A stretch of 32,000 nucleotides of DNA from Candidatus Hadarchaeota archaeon (GCA_964514965.1 CAZETV010000001.1:813063-845062); one strand, 5' to 3'. Positions 16,966 to 23,290 are shown, counted from the first letter of the stretch. Program-made: numbers and translations. Notes: generated by a model not told the origin, from the letters alone.

Positions 16966-17532
16966 CTACTCAAATGCAAGTTTAATGTTTTTATTGGTTA
17001 GCTTTGTCAGGGCGGTTTGAATATCGTTAACGCTGGCTGGGAGGCGCTTCAGGTGTGAACGTGGTACCCTCACACGATACTCTTCCTCGCCCCCAGCATA
17101 GAGAACGTTGACACCCAAGACCTTTGCTGGTGTCAGAATGTCCCCTGCTAACTTACGGGTTTCGGTGCCTTCCTCGGCTATTCGGATTTTCGCTCGAAAT
17201 CCGTGCTCGAGTGCTCGGACAACTTTTCCGCCCCTCCCCACGACGAAACGTATTTCTCCACGCTTGACGGTGAGGACAATCAAATTGCCGGCAGCGATTG
17301 TGTGGTTAAGGTTTATTTTTTCCAGCCCCCGGTGTTTTTGCGCGAGCTTGAACAGAGTCCGGGACATTTTGACATCGAGTTCGGAAATCTTTCCCTCTTT
17401 TAACCTACTTTCGCAGCCCCGGCAGAGAATGCCGCTTTTGAGACAAATATTACAGATAGGTGCTCGCAAATTCAGACCTAGTAGTCCTTCGCTCTTTTGA
17501 TTTAAGGCTTTTAAACTGGGCGAAGGAGACAA
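16966..17532 (-). CDS. NusA-like KH-domain RNA-binding protein with N-terminal zinc ribbon
   Basis: It has CNIC...CRGC, then a KH GxxG motif (VVGRGGKVVRALE) and the PAKV...VRVP segment, as in archaeal NusA-like proteins. The stop lies 7 nt upstream of the aspS start. The TTG start is uncertain. Confidence 0.55.
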   Translation of the reverse strand: MSPSPSLKALNQKSEGLLGLNLRAPICNICLKSGILCRGCESRLKEGKISELDVKMSRTLFKLAQKHRGLEKINLNHTIAAGNLIVLTVKRGEIRFVVGRGGKVVRALEHGFRAKIRIAEEGTETRKLAGDILTPAKVLGVNVLYAGGEEEYRVRVPRSHLKRLPASVNDIQTALTKLTNKNIKLAFE

Positions 17533-17558
17533 AAAAAATAAGAGAGCGCGGAAAGTGT

Positions 17559-17861
17559 TTACTTCCCGAGTACTATTTCTATGGTCGAAACGCTGACTAC
17601 ACCGCGCTCGCCTTTAAGCTCTTCGGTTCCAATCGAAATGTTTTGCACAGATAGTCCCTGCAAGAAGCGGTTCCTGACTATCTCCGCAACATCGACGGCC
17701 CTGCTAATCGATTTACCTCGTGCTTTTAGGGTGACGTCTTTTCCGCCTTGATTGAACTGCGTTATCACTGCAAGCACGTAATTCATCACTGGTTTCACCC
17801 CAATAAAAACGGTGCTTTCCGCAACGGGTGTTTCTTTAACCGCAGGTTTCTCTTCAGCCAT
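17559..17861 (-). CDS. albA: Alba (Sso10b) DNA/RNA-binding chromatin protein
   Basis: 100 aa. The segments [49 protein letters not shown] are hallmark Alba sequence. A GGAGG sequence lies upstream of the ATG. Confidence 0.92.
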   Translation of the reverse strand: MAEEKPAVKETPVAESTVFIGVKPVMNYVLAVITQFNQGGKDVTLKARGKSISRAVDVAEIVRNRFLQGLSVQNISIGTEELKGERGVVSVSTIEIVLGK

Positions 17862-18076
17862 TGTACCTTTCCTCCCTTGTTTTTGTCAATCCATTTACTT
17901 TCAGCTTTAATAAATACCTTTGGGAGTATGCTTTTGGTCTTCATAAATAAATTTTGGTTCTATTTCACGTCTAAAATAAATTTTTAAGTTTATTTTCGGT
18001 CTTTATAAATCCCGAGATCGTGGCACGGGGCACGAAAAGGTTAAATCTTTACTTGTAAAGTTCGGTTTGGCATTTG

Positions 18077-18565
18077 ATGATCCCCATGTCGGATGAAACC
18101 GAGTTGACTGAACGCCAGCTCTCTATCTTGCGCAAGCTCTTCAACGAGGGCAAGCTGATGCGGGTTCGTAGGGTCAAGAAAACGCAATCAACCTTGGCTA
18201 GGGAGCTCGGAATAACCCGGCAGGCGCTCAGTAGTCATTTGCGGGAGCTACGTGAGCTTGAGTTATTGAAATCTGGTAGAGGATTTATCGATCTCTCGGA
18301 AAAAGCTAGGCGCGTTCTCAGGGAAGGTCCAACTCAGGCCTTCGTGTTTGCCAAAATCGAGCCAAAGCAGAGGCATGACGTCTACAAGGAGATAATGTCG
18401 CTGGATGTGTTGCAGGCATTCCGCGTGACAGGGGATGTAGATTTGATTATTGTGGTGGATCGGCAAAAATTGGACAAAGTTTTGAAGGTGCTCTCGGGTA
18501 TCAATGGCGTAAAAGGAACTTCCGCTCATCTTGTGCTCTCTACGCTGGTCGAAGGGAAGTTTTAA
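18077..18565 (+). CDS. Lrp/AsnC-family transcriptional regulator
   Basis: It has an N-terminal HTH (TQSTLARELGITRQALSSHLRELRELELL) and a C-terminal RAM/AsnC-type domain (AFVFAKIEP...VTGDVDLIIVV). Its stop overlaps the convergent gene's stop (TTAA at 18562-18565). Confidence 0.7.
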   Translation: MIPMSDETELTERQLSILRKLFNEGKLMRVRRVKKTQSTLARELGITRQALSSHLRELRELELLKSGRGFIDLSEKARRVLREGPTQAFVFAKIEPKQRHDVYKEIMSLDVLQAFRVTGDVDLIIVVDRQKLDKVLKVLSGINGVKGTSAHLVLSTLVEGKF

Positions 18566-18969
18566 CGCTTTTTAGCGGTCTTTTTCGTGAGTTCTACCAT
18601 TCTCCGTTCGATTCGGTCTCGCAGCTCATCGAGGTTCCCCTCGCCGCGAGCTAGCGTAACGTAGTCCAACAGGTCATCCACCATGAGTTCAGCTGTCTCG
18701 GCCTCTAGAACTCCCGCATAAACAGCTAATTCTATAGTGTAGAAAGAGCGCATGACGGCGTCGCGCCCTATCCGCCAACGTTTCCAAGCTCCAGGCCTCT
18801 GCATACGAAGCCTTTTTGCGAGTTCTTCGAAGGTCGCACCTTCGCTCCAATAGTGCATGAGCATCGTTTTGAGCGTCTTTTCGTCTAGATGAGACCGCTC
18901 AAGCAACGCTCGCGCGAGCAGATTTTCCTGCATCCATTTTTCGGCCCTGGCGAATTCCTCCCTCGGCAT
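18562..18969 (-). CDS. small HTH protein, sigma-70 region-4 / LuxR-like helix-turn-helix (third gene of accessory operon)
   Basis: ATG 18969 is preceded by a GGGGG SD-like run. The segment LDEKTLKTMLMHYWSEGATFEELAKRLRMQRPGAWKRWRIGRDAV resembles sigma70_r4-type HTH domains, with a basic C-terminal tail. No family name can be given without a search. Confidence 0.5.
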   Translation of the reverse strand: MPREEFARAEKWMQENLLARALLERSHLDEKTLKTMLMHYWSEGATFEELAKRLRMQRPGAWKRWRIGRDAVMRSFYTIELAVYAGVLEAETAELMVDDLLDYVTLARGEGNLDELRDRIERRMVELTKKTAKKR

Positions 18970-18984
18970 TTTAGTCCCCCATAT

Positions 18985-19003
18985 GTTTCCATTTTTTGGA
19001 AAC
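18985..19003 (-). promoter_or_regulatory. perfect 7-bp hairpin between ATPase gene and third gene
   Basis: + strand GTTTCCA TTTTT TGGAAAC. In mRNA sense the loop is A5. It sits 16-34 nt upstream of ATG 18969 and 28 nt after the ATPase stop. Confidence 0.3.
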
Positions 19004-19030
19004 AAATAAATACCTGTTGGGTGGTGGGGC

Positions 19031-19909
19031 TCATATTAAGAAAGAAAATATTCGTTTAAAGAAGGAGCGTTTGTTTGCTTTCTTCACCACGCGCGCGTCA
19101 ATCGGCACATCTATCTCAGAGGCATAGTGTATGGCGTTGCTTGCGGCTTTCAAGGCTAACCTCGGAATCCCCTTACTGAGCTTGTAAAGTGATTTAAAGC
19201 CTTTTGAAGTCAGTAAATCGTTGTAATCGGCACATCCAGCGTTTTTGAGGCGCAATTCGAGCATTTCTTTTAGATTTTTCTTGCTCATTGGCTTTAGTTG
19301 GATTTTTGTTTGGATGCGGTCGGCCAGAGCTGGTGCCCTTGCTAGAAAGCGCTCCATTCTCTTGAGTTCGCCGTTGATCAGGATCGAGATATTTGGAATA
19401 TCGGCCAGCACGCGCAAAAATTCTCCAACCTCTAATGCGTCTGCGCCGCTCTCAGGGAGGTCGTCTATGATTATCGCTAGACGCTCTGGGTGTTCTTGGG
19501 GCCATCGGCGCAGAAATTCGAAGAGATTCTCCCTTTCTTTGCTGGCGTCCATCTCAAGTCCCAGAATTATCGCGCGCAATAGCTCATCGGCTGATTTGTA
19601 TGCGGCGCCGTGGATGAAAACGGGTATAATCTGTTTTGAGGGGTCGGGTTCAGTTAGATTCTCTTCCTTCAGCGATGCGACTAAAAACTCGCACACGGTA
19701 GTTTTGCCAGTTCCTAAACCGCCTGTGAGAACACCGACTTTGCCGCCATAAAACAAACGTTCGAGTTTGCGTAGGTCTTTACGCTGGAATGGGGCAAAAG
19801 CTTCGATGGATGGCAGCTCGAGCTTGAATGGGTCATCCTGCATCCCCCAGTTCCAGATATAACTCTCGAAAAGCCGATCTCGGCCGATTTTTTTATCGAA
19901 AGTGGTCAT
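19031..19909 (-). CDS. AAA+ ATPase of the ORC/Cdc6 - ExeA - TniB (AAA_22-like) type, no winged-helix domain
   Basis: It has Walker A GGLGTGKTT, Walker B LAIIIDDLPE, and a sensor-2-like SKGIPRLALKAASNA. The overall layout (DPF...P...F, then P-loop, then lid) resembles ExeA/TniB/Orc1 ATPase cores. The ATG overlaps the upstream stop (ATGA at 19906-19909). Confidence 0.75.
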   Translation of the reverse strand: MTTFDKKIGRDRLFESYIWNWGMQDDPFKLELPSIEAFAPFQRKDLRKLERLFYGGKVGVLTGGLGTGKTTVCEFLVASLKEENLTEPDPSKQIIPVFIHGAAYKSADELLRAIILGLEMDASKERENLFEFLRRWPQEHPERLAIIIDDLPESGADALEVGEFLRVLADIPNISILINGELKRMERFLARAPALADRIQTKIQLKPMSKKNLKEMLELRLKNAGCADYNDLLTSKGFKSLYKLSKGIPRLALKAASNAIHYASEIDVPIDARVVKKANKRSFFKRIFSFLI

Positions 19910-20709
19910 CTTGCCAGCCTCACGTGCAGTTCAAACCCCCCGTTTTTGCTCAAAATGTAACCGCAAGTACTCATTCGTTCGCAAAATGTTCTGGCAACAT
20001 CTTCGGGGCAATGAACTCGTGCAGTCAAATCCTCCAGCGTAAAGCTCTTGAGCACGGCAGTAGCTGAGAGCAGGTCCCCAAACAAGGTGCGCTGGGCCAG
20101 TCCAGTTGGCTTGAGGTCGTCTAAGACCTTGTGGCGAGGTAGTTCGGCCGCTTCTGGCACTGGAGGGGGCTGAATTTTAGCGGGTTTTTCGGTCTTTGGG
20201 GCCGGTACCTCCTCCGGTTTTGTGCTTGGTTTGGGAGTTGGCACTTTGTGTACATGTTTATGCACTAGGTTGTAACACTTCTGGCAAAGTGTGACTAGGT
20301 TATCAGGGTCGTTTTGGCTTGTTCCATTCTTGTGGTGCACCTCCAGTAGCTCCTTTCCCCCGCATTCTTGGCAGGTATAGTTGTCTCTGATGATTACGGC
20401 TTTTCTTACCAGTTCCCAATCATCCCGATGATAAGAGAAAACATAGTTCAAAAAGGAGGAGAGGGCTTCATCCTTCGAGATTGTGGTGAGAGAAGACGTG
20501 GGAGCGGTAGAAGAGCCCCGAATTAGACGATTTATCTCGCTTTCGGGTATCCTTCTTTGCCCTCCTTGGGGCCGCACAACTTTGATTTTTTCCTGTTTAT
20601 CCCACAATCTAATCGTGTTGGGATGTACTCCAAGTATTTTGCACGCTTCTTTCATTTTGTAGAGTTTTTCCTTTTGTTCCACTATCTCACCTTTTCTAAC
20701 AATAACCAA
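19906..20709 (-). CDS. Xis/MerR-type HTH - HNH endonuclease - Pro/Lys linker - C-terminal wHTH-like domain fusion protein
   Basis: The N-terminal KLYKMKEACKILGVHPNTIRLWDKQEKIKVVRPQGGQRRIPESEINRLI matches the excisionase/MerR HTH_17 pattern. The HNH core is CQECGGKELLEVHHKNGTSQNDPDNLVTLCQKCYNLVH. The linker is PTPKPSTKPEEVPAPKTEKPAKIQPPPVP. The C-terminus has a ...GYILSKNGGFEL wing-like motif. The TTG start at 20709 may be leaderless (TATA about 25 nt upstream). Confidence 0.75.
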   Translation of the reverse strand: MVIVRKGEIVEQKEKLYKMKEACKILGVHPNTIRLWDKQEKIKVVRPQGGQRRIPESEINRLIRGSSTAPTSSLTTISKDEALSSFLNYVFSYHRDDWELVRKAVIIRDNYTCQECGGKELLEVHHKNGTSQNDPDNLVTLCQKCYNLVHKHVHKVPTPKPSTKPEEVPAPKTEKPAKIQPPPVPEAAELPRHKVLDDLKPTGLAQRTLFGDLLSATAVLKSFTLEDLTARVHCPEDVARTFCERMSTCGYILSKNGGFELHVRLAR

Positions 20710-20820
20710 CAGATTTTAACAATACATAGATATAAAGTTAACGGCGGTTCTTAACAAAAATAACCTAAACTTTACTAAAAAGTTAACAATTGGAAGTTTT
20801 TGTTAGAATTTGTTAACAAT
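20650..20820. repeat. AT-rich module A: promoter/5' end of HNH operon with TAACAA iterons (paralogous to module B)
   Basis: By hand alignment it is about 75-80% identical to 21722-21892. TAACAA/TTAAC motifs lie at 20697, 20717, 20738, 20752, 20783 and 20813, with TGTTAG (reverse) at 20801 and the palindrome TTGTTAACAA at 20810-20819. The shared block is ATATAAAGTTAAC. Confidence 0.7.
20730..20738 (-). promoter_or_regulatory. TATA box (minus-strand CTTTATAT) for the HNH-ATPase-HTH operon
   Basis: It lies about 25 nt upstream of the TTG at 20709, consistent with a leaderless transcript. The element is quasi-palindromic (+ strand ATATAAAG), so bidirectional use cannot be excluded. Confidence 0.4.
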
Positions 20821-21721
20821 ATCAAAACGCGGAATTATCGGTGACATGATTTTCACTTTGGGGCAAAGAAGCATGAACGATTTAATGTGTGGCCTGTAGT
20901 TGGTTATGGAATGACGTTGAGGGTAATATTTTCTGAGGTCTTTTCAGCACAAGGGACTCGTTGGGATTGACTTCGGCGGTAGGTAGAAATGGCGTGATGA
21001 TTCATCATACGATGTAATCCTGGTTAGCGGCATCGAATTCTACGCGGCGTGGTCCTAAATGAGGCGCTTTACAAGAGGAAATTTTGGTTATTTTCACGGC
21101 TTAGGCCTTTTGCTGCTTTTGGGTGCAGCTGATCCCGGGTCGAGGACAAAATCCTCTCGGTGGTGGTGGGTATCCCCCCATGCCTTGGGACAGAAACCCG
21201 CCACGTTTCGAGGCGGGGTCTAAAGCCGCTTTCTTCCTTGTGCTTGCGTACTTGCCAGATGACCTCTAGCTAAGAAGTGACAGAACTTGGAGTCAGCGAT
21301 TTATACTTAATAATGATTCATGAAGTGAAATCCGTCTCTTACTGGATTGACCAATAACTATTCCCCCCTGGATTCCTCTGTAGTGCGGGGATACCCAGCT
21401 GCAGCTTGGGGTATTGATATCACAAGACCTTGGAAGTGTCTCCAGTGAAAAGGGGATGTACGACTTGCTGGTTGGAACCAAAATTTGGAGAGGGATATTT
21501 TGGAGGTATTGAGGTTCGAGGGAAGCCGGCATTGGTGTGGCCTCGGCCGCGTGAATAAGTTCCTTAATGGGTCCAAGAGTCCGTAATCGCAAGTGTTATT
21601 GATGGGGAAACAGCTTAAGGCTAAGTCGCGGCATATTCCCCCTCGAAGAACTCAGGGGCGCTGAATCTTTAAAGATATTTTAAATCTCAATTTGATCGGT
21701 CAAAACAGAGGATACCCTAAT
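20821..21721. ncRNA. candidate large noncoding (structured?) RNA region; strand unresolved, + strand favoured by composition
   Basis: No ORF of 60 aa or more on the + strand, and only two low-quality minus ORFs. A hand count of 20881-21660 gives about G 225, C 157, T 220, A 178 (G+T about 57%), which fits neither coding orientation. Two GC-richer blocks (about 20940-21295 and 21361-21660) are separated by AT-rich 21296-21360. Several hairpins and long-range complements were found by eye. No known RNA family was recognised. Confidence 0.35.
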
Positions 21722-21910
21722 CCTTACATTTTCTCCCATATTCTTTTACAACTTGTTTGTTTCGACTATTATTTTACATTTTTTAACAATAATCTACAAA
21801 TTCTAACGATAAATAAAAATATAAAGTTAACTAATTTTAACAAAAAATATGTTAAATAATTAACAAGTCTGGAAACTTTTGTTAGAATTTGTAAAATGCC
21901 GTCTAACAAA
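21722..21910. repeat. AT-rich module B: diverged copy of module A including a decayed copy of the HNH gene 5' end
   Basis: TAACAA/TTAAC motifs lie at 21783, 21803, 21827, 21837, 21860 and 21903, with TGTTAG at 21880 and ATATAAAGTTAAC at 21819-21831. The minus-strand translation *IIVKKCKIIVETNKL* compares with module A's (M)VIVRKGEIVEQKEKL. The module abuts the hypE stop at 21903. Confidence 0.65.
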
Positions 21911-22928
21911 TTCTGGGTGCCGGGTCCCCGATTGGCGACTCCAGCAGGCGCCGTCCGCCGACAATCGTTTCAAGCATAACGTCGCCAGGGTGGGTAGTTG
22001 TCGTTACTTCCCCTATCACGCACGCTTCTTTCCCGTACCTTGTTTTTCGAATTGCGGCGAGGACATCATCGCAGCGCCCGGATTCAGCCCCGATTATGGC
22101 TTTTCCCTCGTTCGTTATCTGAAAAGGGTCTATGCCGAGCATCTCGCTCATTGACCTGACTGCGGGCAGGAGGGGGACATCGGCTTCTCTTATGAGTATC
22201 CTGACATTTGCTTTCGAGGTCATATCGTTGAGCGCGGCCGCCAGGCCCCCGCGAGTCGGGTCTTTCATTGCCGTTATTCCGCCGACTTTCAGTGCGGCTT
22301 CGATAGTCTCCCAGATAGGTGCGATGTCCGAGCGGAGGTCGACATCAGCGCCGATGCCTTCCCGGTGGGCCATAATCGTGATGCCGTGGTCTCCGATAGT
22401 CCCCGTTGTGATAATCTTGTCTCCGGGGTTGAGTCCGTGGTCGGTCACTAAGGTTTCAGCCATACCAACCCCCGTACTTGTAAGCACAGCACCGTCGAGC
22501 GCACCCCGTTCCATCACCTTTGTGTCGCCGGTTATCAGCGGGACTTTTGCCTCTCTTGCGGTGGCGTCTATCGATCGACAAATTTTTCGGAAATCTTCGA
22601 CCAAAAAGCCCTCCTCGAGCACGATTGCACAGGCCATCGCGAGCGGTCGAGCCCCCATCACCGCTAGGTCGTTGACGGTACCTGCAATCGCGAGTCTGCC
22701 GATGTCGCCTCCAGGGAAGAAAAGCGGCTTGATGGTGTGGGAATCGGTCGTAAGCACGAGGGTTTTATCGCCAATCGATATCGTCGCGCCGTCGTCAAGC
22801 TCATCAAGCCCTATTTCTCCCGCGCGCTTCAGCGAGAGTTCCTTGAGAGCGACATCCGCGATGAGTTTCATCATCGCCTTGCCGCCAGCACCGTGTGCTA
22901 GCGAGATTTTTTCTCCTGACGTTTTCAC
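21903..22928 (-). CDS. hypE: hydrogenase maturation protein HypE (carbamoyl dehydratase)
   Basis: It has an AIR-synthase-like fold, an N-terminal LAHGAGG motif, and the C-terminal invariant PRIC ending. Confidence 0.93.
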   Translation of the reverse strand: MKTSGEKISLAHGAGGKAMMKLIADVALKELSLKRAGEIGLDELDDGATISIGDKTLVLTTDSHTIKPLFFPGGDIGRLAIAGTVNDLAVMGARPLAMACAIVLEEGFLVEDFRKICRSIDATAREAKVPLITGDTKVMERGALDGAVLTSTGVGMAETLVTDHGLNPGDKIITTGTIGDHGITIMAHREGIGADVDLRSDIAPIWETIEAALKVGGITAMKDPTRGGLAAALNDMTSKANVRILIREADVPLLPAVRSMSEMLGIDPFQITNEGKAIIGAESGRCDDVLAAIRKTRYGKEACVIGEVTTTTHPGDVMLETIVGGRRLLESPIGDPAPRIC

Positions 22929-23290
22929 ACCCCTTTCTTTTCCAATTTTACATCAACAATCTCAAGTTCCTGACCCGAAGTGAGAGAAATTTCATGCCCG
23001 CCACATTTCGGGCAGGGGATTCCTAGCTCGGGTTCGGGGATATGGATATCAATGGAGCTTGCCTCACCCGAGTACCCACACCCACATTTGATCGTAATCG
23101 GTACCCGGGAGATGTTAAATTTTGTTAAGTTTAATTCATCGCCCCCGAGTTTATTTAACCATAACTGCAGGGAGTCCGGCTCGTTTATCTCGCCCACCCG
23201 CAGGTTAACTTCCAGCACCCGTGCGCCGTTTTCGGTCGCTATCTGACGGACGGCTTTTAATACACGCTTCGCAAGTTCGATTTCATGCAC
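22925..23290 (-). CDS. hypA: hydrogenase nickel insertion protein HypA
   Basis: A GTG start gives (M)HEIELAKRVL..., the HypA MHE N-terminus. The zinc site is KCGCG...CPKCGG. The track ORF extends upstream into hypC and was trimmed. ATGA coupling with hypE. Confidence 0.85.
   Translation of the reverse strand: MHEIELAKRVLKAVRQIATENGARVLEVNLRVGEINEPDSLQLWLNKLGGDELNLTKFNISRVPITIKCGCGYSGEASSIDIHIPEPELGIPCPKCGGHEISLTSGQELEIVDVKLEKKGV

Noticed and set aside
20080-20110. AQRTLFGDL in the HNH fusion shares AQRTL with the EndoQ PIP box (AQRTLMDFG)
   Set aside because: It is internal rather than C-terminal, and the aromatic positions 7 and 8 are Asp and Leu. This is most likely coincidence, and I make no PCNA-binding claim.
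21190-21203. ACAGAAACCCGCC resembles the RNase P RNA CR-V/P4 3' strand (ACAGAACCCGGC)
   Set aside because: The obligatory partner GAGGAAAGUCC motif is absent on either strand. The nearby GAGGACAAAATCCTC is just a local hairpin. The motif also sits mid-region rather than near a 3' end.
21511-21525. GGTTCGAGGG looked like a tRNA T-loop (GGTTCGAATCC)
   Set aside because: There is no complementary T-stem 3' half, no acceptor or D-arm context, and no cloverleaf can be drawn. I could not support a tRNA anywhere in the window.
21293-21592. 99-aa and 72-aa minus-strand ORFs inside the ORF-free segment
   Set aside because: They are Pro/Ser/Leu-rich, as expected from translating a C-rich strand. They have no start context or SD sequence and no motif, and they overlap each other in different frames. 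I treat the region as noncoding.
21363-21660. Possible terminal stem CCCCCCTG (21363-21370) / CAGGGGCG (21653-21660) closing a ~300-nt domain
   Set aside because: It contains a mismatch and competes with a local hairpin (CCCCT...AGGGG at 21638-21657). It also crosses the two better long-range pairings. Complements of 8 nt are expected by chance several times per kb.
20690-21910. Repeated TAACAA-containing units considered as a CRISPR array or leader
   Set aside because: There are no regularly spaced identical repeats of 24-40 nt separated by unique spacers. The motifs are 6-10 nt long and irregularly spaced within two paralogous modules.
22132-22983. 283-aa plus-strand ORF
   Set aside because: It is antisense to hypE and is a Ser/Pro/Ala-rich low-complexity translation, so it is a shadow ORF. 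The same reasoning applies to 14419-15021 (antisense to GGR), 5853-6359 (antisense to pcn), 19245-19751 (antisense to the ATPase), 17108-17500, 16522-16797, 29077-29460, 2079-2468 and 12321-12808.
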